Part shown: positions 8,882 to 18,500 of the stretch, one piece after another | Position numbering within the stretch: position 1 is the first letter of the stretch | Layout: the number at the start of each line of letters is the position of its first letter | Origin: a virus | Lineage: Duplodnaviria; Caudoviricetes | DNA: 58,298 nt | IMG/VR virus record: IMGVR_UViG_3300032334_001544 | Span: 1 to 58,298 of that record | Direction: 5' to 3' (one strand) | Position numbers and translations under genes: made by a program | The notes under the pieces: model-generated | What the model was told of the DNA's origin: nothing | Database searches by the model: none | The model's input: only the letters and a program-made list of their open reading frames with translations

Positions 8882-9761
8882 TGATGGCTTGAATGATCTG
8901 GGTCAAAGCCTGGGCACTGTCAGTGACATCACTAAATCTGAAATCTGCCGCGATGTCCATGCCATATGGCAGAACATCTCTGGCATCATGGCTATAACAC
9001 ATGAACACTTTACCAGCATCTTGCAGATTACTTTTGGTATTGGCATAAGTGAAAGGACCGCTGTTTCTGCCTACGATAAGATCAGCGTGGCTGCTAAGGT
9101 AACTGATCTCTCTGAGATCATTGCTGGCATCGAAGATGTCCTTGGTAAACACCACATTGGGTCGTGATGTCACATAAACTTCAGTAGCTAAAAATGTATC
9201 TTCAGGATACTGGTCAGCCAATGCATCGATTACCGGATTGATGTGTTGCAAGCTGCTCTGTTGGCTCTGCACCTGACCATTGCTGAACAGATACAACTTA
9301 CCAGATTTAGCAGCTAGGAACTCGTCAGCTGCTGTAAGATCCAATTTAGTATAATCTATCTCGGGAACATAATGCCATTTATCAGCGTTCATCTGCAGGT
9401 TCCAACCAAAGTTACTGTTGGCTTTCTGATAGATCTCTGCAAATATATCATAATGTTGCAGATAACTGGGATGCTTGTTGTCTGCAAAATGATTGGCCTG
9501 ATAATTTCCCACCCAGGTATTGATCAATACCAGATTGTCATTCTGTACCATAGGTACCATCATGTCAAAACCGTTCAGCACCTGTGCCCTAGTTTCAGAT
9601 TCATAGTTGTTGGTGAAGTCTGATACAACTATAGGATTCAAACGGTGGGCATAGCCCACTGTGATGTCAGGAAGCTGTTGGCTGATGTCTTTTACCAGTC
9701 CACGAGTAGTAAATAGATCACCGTAATGCCAGTGATTGAAGAAGCAAATATCTGTTATCAT
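8832..9761 (-). CDS. hypothetical protein, possibly GT-B glycosyltransferase-like
   Basis: HYGD near N-terminus and DLIVGRNSGP (GT9-like G.DSGP); start at ATG 9761 overlaps the upstream stop. Confidence 0.45.
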   Translation of the reverse strand: MITDICFFNHWHYGDLFTTRGLVKDISQQLPDITVGYAHRLNPIVVSDFTNNYESETRAQVLNGFDMMVPMVQNDNLVLINTWVGNYQANHFADNKHPSYLQHYDIFAEIYQKANSNFGWNLQMNADKWHYVPEIDYTKLDLTAADEFLAAKSGKLYLFSNGQVQSQQSSLQHINPVIDALADQYPEDTFLATEVYVTSRPNVVFTKDIFDASNDLREISYLSSHADLIVGRNSGPFTYANTKSNLQDAGKVFMCYSHDARDVLPYGMDIAADFRFSDVTDSAQALTQIIQAITDIKQDQILSGFRIIE

Positions 9762-10981
9762 CCAATCACCTGGAATGTTGGGCAAGGCACTACTAATTTA
9801 CCACCGCCGGCAATAAAGTCCTGCTCACGTTTGACAAACTCATCGATAAAATGCCAGGGCAATACCAACAGGTAATCTGGTTTAGCTGCTCGCATCTCTT
9901 CCTCGCTAACAATGGGAATCTGTGTGCCCACAGTCTGTAAACCAAACTTGTAGGGACTGCGCTCAGCGATGGCTGTCATCAGATCCGGAGTGATGCCAAA
10001 CAACTGCAACAGTGTGTTGCCCTTGGTGCTGGCTCCATAACCGTACACGGTCTTGCCTTCAGCCTTGGCTTGTTGTAGGAATTCCATCACTTGTGTTTTC
10101 AGCTTCTGGATGTTCTCTCCAAATCTGGTCCACAGGTACTGGTCAGTGATGTTCCAGTGCAATGTCTCATATTGTAACGTGCTGGCAATGCGGAAGTCAC
10201 ACACATCACGTACCTGCTGTGTGGCAAATGTGCGGACATCGCTATCTGCTTTCTGGAAGTATACCCGGAAACTGCCGCCATTGGTGTCGTTGAGGCTGCA
10301 ATCACGCAACACGAACCCTTCCTGTTCGAACAGCTTCTTGATGCTGTTGAGGTCATAATAGTACACATGCTCATGGCAGATGTTGTCAAATGCCAGTTGC
10401 TTGAGCATGAGTGGAGTATAACTCATCTGTAATACAAACACACCATCATCAGCCAGGATGCTGTGTGCATCACGGATGAATGGCCTGGGATCGTTAAGAT
10501 CATAGAACATGGCGATGCATGTGATCACTTTGGCTTTATTATCACCGTAACCAGTACGCTGCCAGGCATCAGCTGTGAAGAAGTCCTGCACGATGGTGCC
10601 ATGTTTGCTGCTCTCAGTGACATAGCTGTCATCAGCAGGATCGATACCCACTTTGGTCATATAGTCAGGTACCTGACGCAATAATGTACCATCATTGCAG
10701 GCAATATCCAACCAGATATCACCAGTCTTGGTGACAACACGGCTGCTGATCTCGCTGACGATGTCGCCCAGCTGTTTGGTCATGCTGGTATTGATGCCTG
10801 AACGATACCAATACTGCCCATACATGGTGTCCAGTGGAGCCACACCGTCCAATCGCACCGCACCGATGGTTTCATCCAGGTACAGGTCCAGGCTCCAGGG
10901 TTTGGCTTCTCGTCCGGTCAGCTCGCCCGGCTTGACAAAGTCACTGACATAGTGTTCGCCCAATTCTAATATCTTTTTCAT
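9758..10981 (-). CDS. NDP-hexose C-methyltransferase
   Basis: YWYRS, LDIACNDGTLL, FDNICHEH, GGS, GYGASTKGNTLL, PDYLLVLPWHF (Methyltransf_13/14 architecture). Confidence 0.85.
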   Translation of the reverse strand: MKKILELGEHYVSDFVKPGELTGREAKPWSLDLYLDETIGAVRLDGVAPLDTMYGQYWYRSGINTSMTKQLGDIVSEISSRVVTKTGDIWLDIACNDGTLLRQVPDYMTKVGIDPADDSYVTESSKHGTIVQDFFTADAWQRTGYGDNKAKVITCIAMFYDLNDPRPFIRDAHSILADDGVFVLQMSYTPLMLKQLAFDNICHEHVYYYDLNSIKKLFEQEGFVLRDCSLNDTNGGSFRVYFQKADSDVRTFATQQVRDVCDFRIASTLQYETLHWNITDQYLWTRFGENIQKLKTQVMEFLQQAKAEGKTVYGYGASTKGNTLLQLFGITPDLMTAIAERSPYKFGLQTVGTQIPIVSEEEMRAAKPDYLLVLPWHFIDEFVKREQDFIAGGGKLVVPCPTFQVIG

Positions 10982-10984
10982 TGA

Positions 10985-11356
10985 TTAGTCTCCCGACATA
11001 TAACTTTTTGTTTCAAAAATTGCACTGTTGCATTTCTGATTGATGGCTTTCTTGATAGCAGCACGGCGAGTGTTACTGGTAAAGATAGTCTTAGCCAGCT
11101 GCGCTAACCTGTCTGCATTGGCAGGGTCACGTACTGCATCTTCATGATCCCAGATGATCTTATTGACTTCGCGTATCTCTGCTATCTCATTGTCGATGTC
11201 AACATCGTTACAGTGTTCGATCATGAGATCATGTAATAGTTCATACTCATGATTCACATGTGCCAATTTGGCAGCATCTGTATATTCTGTGCGTTTGATA
11301 TCCAAGATAGTCAATTTATCTACTAGTTCACCAGCACTGATAGGGGCTAAGATCAT
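10985..11356 (-). CDS. DUF6165-like protein
   Basis: PISAGELVDKLTILDIK...IWDHED...RAAIKKAIN...ETKSY. Confidence 0.7.
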   Translation of the reverse strand: MILAPISAGELVDKLTILDIKRTEYTDAAKLAHVNHEYELLHDLMIEHCNDVDIDNEIAEIREVNKIIWDHEDAVRDPANADRLAQLAKTIFTSNTRRAAIKKAINQKCNSAIFETKSYMSGD

Positions 11357-12369
11357 TTGGTCACCAATGCAAGGTCATGCGCACACATTTCTTTTACCAG
11401 GTCATCCAGTGTACGTTTTGGCCGCCAACCTAACTCAGTGTGTGCTTTGGTACTGTCACCCAAAAGATTTACCACATCCACTGGACGATAAAAATGAGGA
11501 TTGATCACGATAAGAGTCTTGCCTGTCAGTGCATCATATCCTTGTTCTGCTAAACCAGTGCCGCGCCAGGCCAGTTTAATATCAAAGTACTCAGCAGTCT
11601 TTTCACAAAAATCCCTAATGCTGGTCTGATAACCTGTGCTGATCACATAGTCATCTGGTTTGTCATGCTGCAACATCTGCCACATGGCTTCCACATAATC
11701 AGCAGCATGGCCCCAGTCCCTGAGGCTGTCCAGATTGCCCAATTCCATGTGGACCTGCCTGCCAGTGACGATATTGGCAAACGCTTTGGTGATCTTCCTA
11801 GTCACAAACAACTCACCGCGCCTGGGGCTTTCATGGTTGAACAGGATACCGTTACAGGCAAATATATCATAACTTTCACGATAGTTGATAGTGATCCAAT
11901 GTGCATACAATTTGGCAATAGCATAGGGGCTGGCTGGTCTGAATGAAGTATTCTCATTCTGAGGATAGCCTTGCACTATGCCGAACATCTCACTGGTACT
12001 AGCCTGATAATATTTGATATCTTTGGTGGTTCTGATACTGCGGATACCTTCCAATATCCTCAATGCGCCCAGTGCATTGCTGTCACTTGTTGTCTCAGGC
12101 GTTTCGTAACTGACCTTGACATGGCTCTGAGCAGCTAGATTATAGATTTCGTCCGGCAACACATCATAGATGATGTTACGGATGTTATTGCTATCTCCCA
12201 GATCACCGTGATGGAATACCACACGGTTCTTGAAAGTTTCAATATTGGGATGGTCAAAATTGCTGCTGCGACGGATCAATCCGTGAACTTCGTATCCTTT
12301 GGATAATAAAAGTTCAGCTAGATAACTGCCATCTTGGCCAGCAATACCAGTGATTAGTGCTTTTTTCAT
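11353..12369 (-). CDS. gmd: GDP-mannose 4,6-dehydratase
   Basis: ALITGIAGQDGSYLAELLL, LAAQSHV, QASTSE, NHESPRRG, RDWGHA. Confidence 0.95.
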   Translation of the reverse strand: MKKALITGIAGQDGSYLAELLLSKGYEVHGLIRRSSNFDHPNIETFKNRVVFHHGDLGDSNNIRNIIYDVLPDEIYNLAAQSHVKVSYETPETTSDSNALGALRILEGIRSIRTTKDIKYYQASTSEMFGIVQGYPQNENTSFRPASPYAIAKLYAHWITINYRESYDIFACNGILFNHESPRRGELFVTRKITKAFANIVTGRQVHMELGNLDSLRDWGHAADYVEAMWQMLQHDKPDDYVISTGYQTSIRDFCEKTAEYFDIKLAWRGTGLAEQGYDALTGKTLIVINPHFYRPVDVVNLLGDSTKAHTELGWRPKRTLDDLVKEMCAHDLALVTK

Positions 12370-12422
12370 TTGTTACCTTTAGCTTATATAACGTATCTGG
12401 TTGCATGTGCGCAGATATCTGA

Positions 12423-13229
12423 TCAGGTAAACTTGTTGATAATATCAGTCAAGTTGGCGCAATGTGGACGTTGTAACATCATATCAGCTTTGAGCTTATC
12501 TAGTTGCCACTTGTGATGCAATCCCATGTTCTGCTGCACATCACGTGGGCTCAGCTTGTCACCGATCTGTGTCTTGCGTTTCCACATCTGATCCGTGTCA
12601 GGACTAAATCCATACCACAATATGAACAGGTCAGTGGTGTTCACGAAAAATGTATGGCGGCCTGCATCCACAGGATATTTCACAGTGGGGGTGTTATGGA
12701 TGCTCCTGCCCCAGCGATTGAACTTGCCTGGCCAGTCACGGGCCTGGGCAGCATGGATTTCATTCCAGTTGTTGAGACTACCCACTATGCCTGGGAAATA
12801 ATCAAAGGTGTTGTACCCATGCACACGCTGCTTGTATAATGGCAGATCGTATGTGAGTTCTGGGAAAGGTTCATCTGCCCCACAGTCAGTCATGCAATAA
12901 CTGGTGATGCTATATTGATGATCTGGACGTTCATCAAGTATGCTGTAATCACCCATGAGGAATTCAGTGATGTTGAGCGTGGTCTTCCATCCAGGCGTGC
13001 GTATTTCGATGTCGCGTATCTCTGCATCACAGTTGATGCAATCAAAATAGGGATTACGGCTGTATCTGACCTCCCAGTCTGGACAGATCTCTTTGATGAT
13101 CGCACGGCTGTTATCTGTGCTGTAATAATCTATCAATATGCCATGATCGAAATGCTGCTTGTGGTGTTGTAGCCACCAGGGCAACAGATATTCTTCATTG
13201 TAGAAATGTGCCATTACTGTCTTTTTCAT
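12423..13229 (-). CDS. glycosyltransferase family 2-like
   Basis: FYNEEYLLPWWLQHH...IDYYSTDNS motif. Confidence 0.7.
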   Translation of the reverse strand: MKKTVMAHFYNEEYLLPWWLQHHKQHFDHGILIDYYSTDNSRAIIKEICPDWEVRYSRNPYFDCINCDAEIRDIEIRTPGWKTTLNITEFLMGDYSILDERPDHQYSITSYCMTDCGADEPFPELTYDLPLYKQRVHGYNTFDYFPGIVGSLNNWNEIHAAQARDWPGKFNRWGRSIHNTPTVKYPVDAGRHTFFVNTTDLFILWYGFSPDTDQMWKRKTQIGDKLSPRDVQQNMGLHHKWQLDKLKADMMLQRPHCANLTDIINKFT

Positions 13230-13236
13230 GTGGGTC

Positions 13237-13695
13237 CTATAATATGATATCTTCCATGCCAGCTGCGCGGAGCCTGACTATGTGGCCCAACATGAAGTTC
13301 TTGCTCTCCATGGCTTTCATGATACCCAACCATTTGTTGCGTACCAGTGCCACTTCATTGATGATGGTTTCAAAGTCGATCACTTCGGGTTCACCATCCA
13401 CGTACTTCTCAGCATCACGGCTTGTCAGGGCACGAGCATAATGTTCCAGGTATTTCTGGAAGTGTTTGCGCCTGATCTGTCTCAGCTGGATGTTCAGGAA
13501 GTTGAGCACAGCTTCGATCTCTTGCAATTGATTGAACCTGTGTTCAGTGATGCCGGGCAGGCCGCTGAGGTTTTTCTCCACATTGCCTGCCACTCGTACA
13601 TCGCCCCTGGCCAGATCCAGCTCGGTTTCATAATAGCTTATGAAAGCTGGTATCTGGCTCAGGTCTTGGCTTACTCTGCTATACCAGGTGCTCAT
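13237..13695 (-). CDS. uvsY: recombination mediator UvsY
   Basis: Helical ~150 aa protein with YVDGE motif, next to uvsX and gp32. Confidence 0.7.
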   Translation of the reverse strand: MSTWYSRVSQDLSQIPAFISYYETELDLARGDVRVAGNVEKNLSGLPGITEHRFNQLQEIEAVLNFLNIQLRQIRRKHFQKYLEHYARALTSRDAEKYVDGEPEVIDFETIINEVALVRNKWLGIMKAMESKNFMLGHIVRLRAAGMEDIIL

Positions 13696-13910
13696 TCATC
13701 CAGTTCTTCGTCAGGCTCTTCCAGGTCCATGTGTTCACTGATGGCATGTTCCATGATCTTGTCCACAGCCAATTCCTGTAGATCGCGATCATCTATGCCC
13801 AGTTCCACTAGTTCATTGATAACATGATCTGCTGCCGTTTGTCTATCTTTGGTTGGAATATATTCCCTGACTGTGGTCCAAAACTGAACCAATAATTCTG
13901 TATCAATCAT
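13692..13910 (-). CDS. hypothetical protein
   Basis: MIDTELLVQFW..., acidic tail; start moved to ATG 13910. Confidence 0.6.
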   Translation of the reverse strand: MIDTELLVQFWTTVREYIPTKDRQTAADHVINELVELGIDDRDLQELAVDKIMEHAISEHMDLEEPDEELDE

Positions 13911-14973
13911 CCTGTTGTTCCTCTGTATTTTCTGCCACAGTGTTACGTGCCAATTCAGCATACTTAGCACTAAACTCTTGCATGACAGTGTCTAATTTAT
14001 CATCTGTCCAACCCTTGCGGAATTCTTTGATGATCTCGCCAGTAACAGGACTGGTATAGCTGAGTTTGTTGCCATCCTTGACCAGGACACCTTGTGACTC
14101 AAACATCTCCATCAGTCCTGAATAAGGACTCATGCCAGTGCTGTAAGGAATCTTGACCTGGACACTCTCGAAAGGTTTGGCATACCTGGTCTTCATGACC
14201 TTACAAGCAGCACGGATGCCGTTTACTTCGCTTACCTTGTTGCCATCCTCATCTTCCTTGAGCTTGAGCTTACGCATGGCAACAACGATGCTGCTTGCGT
14301 AGATGAAGCCTTGCCCACCTGAGATCTTGTCGTCGGGGTCGAACATGTCCTGTGATGCATAGGTATGGTTAGTGGCAACGATGCCGATGTTCAAGCTACC
14401 GATCATGTTGACTGTGTTGCGCACAAGACTGGTCAATGCTTTAGGCTTGCGGCCCATGTCACCCTTCATGTCACCTGCTTCAAACTGGTTAACATCTGTG
14501 GGAGTGAGTAACATGCCCAAGCTATCGATCACGAACAATACCTTGGGACGATCTTCTATAGCCAGTGTCTTATAGCTCTTGATGAATTCGCTGATGGTCT
14601 TGGCCACATCATCGATCATAGCCATGTTCAGTTTTAGCAGTTTATCTTCACTGGTATCCACACCCAGTGCCTTGAGCCAATCCTTGTCCAGTGCGTTCTC
14701 GCTGTCGATCAGGATCACATAGATGCCCTGCTCTTGTGCGTTCTTGACGATGTTGCCTGAACAGATGTAGCTCTTGCCTGCGCCTGATTCACCAGCAAAC
14801 ACAGTGACTTTTCCCAGTGGGATACCACGATAGAAATCGCCACTGATGCGATAGTTAAGTGTGTAGTTACCTGTGCTGATCCAATCTGTGGGATCGTTAT
14901 AACCGATGCTGAGTCCATCGATGCTTTTAGTCAGATCTTTTCTAAATTTGCTTATGTCGAACGGTTTTGCCAT
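13903..14973 (-). CDS. uvsX: RecA-like recombinase UvsX
   Basis: GESGAGKS, IDSENA, VIDSLG, TNHTY, SGGQG, KTR. Confidence 0.9.
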   Translation of the reverse strand: MAKPFDISKFRKDLTKSIDGLSIGYNDPTDWISTGNYTLNYRISGDFYRGIPLGKVTVFAGESGAGKSYICSGNIVKNAQEQGIYVILIDSENALDKDWLKALGVDTSEDKLLKLNMAMIDDVAKTISEFIKSYKTLAIEDRPKVLFVIDSLGMLLTPTDVNQFEAGDMKGDMGRKPKALTSLVRNTVNMIGSLNIGIVATNHTYASQDMFDPDDKISGGQGFIYASSIVVAMRKLKLKEDEDGNKVSEVNGIRAACKVMKTRYAKPFESVQVKIPYSTGMSPYSGLMEMFESQGVLVKDGNKLSYTSPVTGEIIKEFRKGWTDDKLDTVMQEFSAKYAELARNTVAENTEEQQDD

Positions 14974-15007
14974 GGTTGTGCCTCTGATTTATTCTATTAT
15001 TATATGT

Positions 15008-15040
15008 GAAAATGCCAGGCAGAGTCAATCTGCCTGGCAA
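15008..15040 (-). terminator. intrinsic terminator after gp32
   Basis: TGCCAGGCAGA/TCTGCCTGGCA 11-bp stem followed by TTTT on the minus strand. Confidence 0.7.
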
Positions 15041-15046
15041 GTAAAA

Positions 15047-16060
15047 TCAGGCAGTTTTACGGCTCCGGATCATTGCCAGGATATCTTCTGCCCTCTGGTT
15101 GCCACCTGCTTTGGGAGCAGCGGTGGAAACTGGTGTCGTTGCCTCGGCAACATCATCATCCGTTGCAAACGGAGGAGTATGATCTACCACTGGAGCAGGC
15201 ACAGGTGTGGCACGTACTGGTGCCGCTGCACGAGCTGATGCTGCAGATGTGTCGTCAGCATCAGGGTTTCCACCAAGGCCAGCTGGTTTGAAGTACTGCC
15301 CCCAACGGTCCTGATCATATGTGGAACCATCCACACTTGCTTCGAACATTTCCTTGATCACTTTGAGTTCAGCATCACCTGGCTTCTTGGGCAGGAATTC
15401 TGCCAAGTTGTGCAAGCCATATGTCTCGATTGCTGCACGTTCCACAGCAGTCAATGCTGACTCCTTGCGAGCCCACTTGCTGGTAGCATAGTCTGCATAC
15501 TGGCCTTTAGTGGTCTTAGTGATGCTAAAATCCAGCCCACGATCATAGTCTGTGGGCAATTCTTCGATATCAGGATCTTTCAATGCAGCGATGACCAGCG
15601 GATAGATGCTGGGGCTCACCACGAAGCGACGGATGGGATTTTCTGGTGTGCTGTCGTCCACCAGAGGATTGTCACGCACAAAACCTTGGAATACATAACT
15701 GCGTTTCTTCCAATACTTCTTGCCCATGTCTTCCAGGCTCTTGTCCTTGAACCATGTGCGTACTTCTGTCAAGATGGGACAAGTCTCGTTCCACATCTCC
15801 AAGCAAGGAACCTGCACAGTCACAGGTTTGCTGCCTACCTGACCCTTGACGCCTGCGAATGGCAAGCGGATCATGGCACGTTCTACCCAAAAGAAGTCAT
15901 TCTTTGTATCACCATCAGGCAAGAACCTGATACGTGATGTGCTACCTTCTGGGATATTCCAATGTGGGTAAATTGCGTTGTCGCGACCGCCGCTGTTGTT
16001 GCCGCCTGCGCGATTCTCTTGTTGTGCTAATTTTGCACGGATCTCTGCCAATGAAGCCAT
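15047..16060 (-). CDS. T4 gp32-like single-stranded DNA-binding protein
   Basis: IRFLPD, C...CP, YWKKR, Y..SKW motifs; adjacent to uvsX; start MASLAEIRAKL. Confidence 0.8.
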   Translation of the reverse strand: MASLAEIRAKLAQQENRAGGNNSGGRDNAIYPHWNIPEGSTSRIRFLPDGDTKNDFFWVERAMIRLPFAGVKGQVGSKPVTVQVPCLEMWNETCPILTEVRTWFKDKSLEDMGKKYWKKRSYVFQGFVRDNPLVDDSTPENPIRRFVVSPSIYPLVIAALKDPDIEELPTDYDRGLDFSITKTTKGQYADYATSKWARKESALTAVERAAIETYGLHNLAEFLPKKPGDAELKVIKEMFEASVDGSTYDQDRWGQYFKPAGLGGNPDADDTSAASARAAAPVRATPVPAPVVDHTPPFATDDDVAEATTPVSTAAPKAGGNQRAEDILAMIRSRKTA

Positions 16061-16122
16061 TTCCAATTTTCCTTATGTTTGCCTATAATGCCAAGATAAA
16101 CGGACCATCCGTTTAACATATC

Positions 16123-16153
16123 TATTTATACATGATGCGTTGTCATTTGTCAA
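16123..16153 (-). promoter_or_regulatory. composite promoter for gp32: TTGACA-N17-TATAAA overlapping T4-type late box TATAAATA
   Basis: Minus strand reads TTGACAaatgacaacgcatcatgTATAAATA. Confidence 0.7.
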
Positions 16154-16187
16154 AATAAAAAAGCAGCATGTTTTTGGCATGCTGCTA
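16152..16187 (-). terminator. intrinsic terminator
   Basis: AGCAGCATG/CATGCTGCT stem plus long T-run on the minus strand. Confidence 0.7.
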
Positions 16188-16217
16188 ATTTACTATAAGT
16201 TTCACTTGTTGTCTATA

Positions 16218-18488
16218 TTATTTTGTACGGATACCAGCTACAGCCTGCATCCAAGCGATATTTTCACTGACTTTCTTATCTTCTTTGTCTTTTAGGGCCT
16301 TGGACATGGGTTCTTTTTCGTCGCCATCATCATCCGCATCAAGGAAATCTGGTTTCTTGTTTTTTGCTTCGTTGGTTTTGTCACGGTGCATCATCTTGAA
16401 ATCTTCTGCATCGATCTTGTTGTTGTGATTACGGTCTAGTTTTCTTTGTTTGCCTTTAAGAGCTTCGTTGGTTTTAACATCACCCTGTTCGTGCCTGCTG
16501 TCCATGGTGTCATAAGCCATATCCAAGTAATCAGCTGCCTTGGTTATCTTTGCCTGTACCCATTCTGGTAGATCTTCATTTGATTGAAGCAGTTCTTTCA
16601 ATTCTTTAGCAGCATGTTCAGCATGAGTGAGTTGATCTTTAGCCATGCCAGCTTCATCTGAATATTCACCATCATGTTCTTCATGTTCTTCATGTTCTTC
16701 ATGATCGGTTTCATGCTCTTCATGTTCTTCATGACCGGTCTCATGTTCTTCATGCTCGTCATCTTCTTCAGTAGCGTAGATGTAGTTTTCCATCAGAGGC
16801 AAACCAGCCAGTTTACGCATTTCTTCAATCTGTTTCTTACTCATTTTAGTTTCCTCTGATTTGTTGTTTACTTCTTTACTTTCGTTCCAGGGTTCTGGTT
16901 TCCCTTTGGTGTCATCTCTTTCGGGATGATACTTGCCTTTCTTGCCTTTATAAGCACCTTCTGGGTCTTTCTTACCGGTGATATCGCGCCAATCTTCATC
17001 ATCATCCTCATGTGATTTTTCAGGAGTTGCATCTTCTCCCATGCCCATGACAGCTTCTTCGAACTCATCGCCCGGGGTCTTGTCTTTACGGTCGGGCATC
17101 TTGGCACGAGCTTGTGGGTCTCTGCGCAGTTGTTCTGCCTGTGCAGGATCGCTTTCCACTTGTTTCAGATCTTTCATATACTTGTGTGCCAGCATCAGTG
17201 CCAGCTTCTTATCATGATTGTATGATTCATCTGGTCTGGTGCCGAACGCTTCACCTTCGCTGCTGACCAGATCTCCCATCAAGCTGGCAAAGTTGGCCAC
17301 ATCATCGCAAGCTGGATCAATGCAACGGTTGGCGATATCACCCAAGATGGCACTCAACAACGCTTTGCTGTCAGTGTATTTCCTGGTGATCATCAGTTTG
17401 TCCATGGCAGGATCTTTCTTCAATACCAGACTGAAATTAGGGTCTAATATCTTTCTCTTGACATCTGCATTGGTTTCTGTGATGGCTAAGTGGGCATTTT
17501 CTTTCAATCTCTGGTAGGCACCAGCTGCTGATGCCAGGTAGTTGTCCAAGTTCTCATTGTAAGCCTGTGTGGTAAACCAGCCTTTGAGTTCAGTGATGTC
17601 CTGTTCTGATTCAGGCAACAGGTTGTTCAGTGCTTCCAGGCTTTCTGTGAAACTGCGGCTGTTGTTTGTCAAACGTGCCAAGTGCCCACGGATGCCTTCT
17701 TTCATCTGCTGTGCTGCTGAGATCACATCGTTGGCTTGTTCTGATTCAAATGTCTTGGTCCTGGTGGCACTGGCAAACCTGCCCAGGTTGCGCATCTCGC
17801 TGACTGCGCGGCTGATCACTTGACCGTTTGTATCGTAGGGATTACCACCACGGCTGATATGGTTGGCCATGGCCTTGGCACCTGATACGCTCTTGAATGG
17901 CAACAGGAATTTCTCACCGTTCTCATTCACGCAGTAGATGCGATCCACTTTCAACAGACGATTGTTGGTGTTTTCCAACATCTTCTCTGAATGTACCACA
18001 TGGATGGTCACATTATTGAGGTTGCCCTCGCTGACCTTTCCTCGCCTGTTCCACAGCACACGGCCTTCCATGATGCTTTCGGTCTTGATCCGATCTTTCT
18101 TCTTGTTCTGTTGTTGTGTCATGAATTGTAGGTCCTGTTTACTGAGGGTATCTTTGGTTATGTCTCTGACGTCGAAATTCAACATGTGGCCCTTGGCCAA
18201 TGTTCTCAATTCCTTGAGGAAATCATACCAGTAGCTCTTGTCTTCCGGCAACATCCTGTCGGTGATGCTGGTATCGAAGAATATCTTGAGAGCCTTGTCG
18301 TCCACTATGCTACATGTGACATTGCCATACGCACGATCATGTACCTTGTCCACATATATGAAATTGAAGAACCTGGCTTTTTCCGGATCAACAGTGGCAG
18401 ATCCTTGATCGTCTCCCATGTGTATCTTGGGGAAGCGATTACGCAATTTGAAAAACAGATCTGCTGATATTTGGTCAGTGTTACTCAT
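16218..18488 (-). CDS. large putative head/core protein with acidic, His-rich C-terminus
   Basis: Directly downstream of terminase, TAAATA box upstream; EHEEHE repeats, DxDxDG-like loops, many xxE motifs. Confidence 0.55.
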   Translation of the reverse strand: MSNTDQISADLFFKLRNRFPKIHMGDDQGSATVDPEKARFFNFIYVDKVHDRAYGNVTCSIVDDKALKIFFDTSITDRMLPEDKSYWYDFLKELRTLAKGHMLNFDVRDITKDTLSKQDLQFMTQQQNKKKDRIKTESIMEGRVLWNRRGKVSEGNLNNVTIHVVHSEKMLENTNNRLLKVDRIYCVNENGEKFLLPFKSVSGAKAMANHISRGGNPYDTNGQVISRAVSEMRNLGRFASATRTKTFESEQANDVISAAQQMKEGIRGHLARLTNNSRSFTESLEALNNLLPESEQDITELKGWFTTQAYNENLDNYLASAAGAYQRLKENAHLAITETNADVKRKILDPNFSLVLKKDPAMDKLMITRKYTDSKALLSAILGDIANRCIDPACDDVANFASLMGDLVSSEGEAFGTRPDESYNHDKKLALMLAHKYMKDLKQVESDPAQAEQLRRDPQARAKMPDRKDKTPGDEFEEAVMGMGEDATPEKSHEDDDEDWRDITGKKDPEGAYKGKKGKYHPERDDTKGKPEPWNESKEVNNKSEETKMSKKQIEEMRKLAGLPLMENYIYATEEDDEHEEHETGHEEHEEHETDHEEHEEHEEHDGEYSDEAGMAKDQLTHAEHAAKELKELLQSNEDLPEWVQAKITKAADYLDMAYDTMDSRHEQGDVKTNEALKGKQRKLDRNHNNKIDAEDFKMMHRDKTNEAKNKKPDFLDADDDGDEKEPMSKALKDKEDKKVSENIAWMQAVAGIRTK
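16673..16763 (-). repeat. 9-bp tandem repeat (HEE) in coding sequence
   Basis: CATGTTCTT units with 27-bp higher-order periodicity, encoding EHEEHETGHEEHEEHETDHEEHEEHEEH. Confidence 0.85.
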
Positions 18489-18500
18489 GTTTGTATTTAT

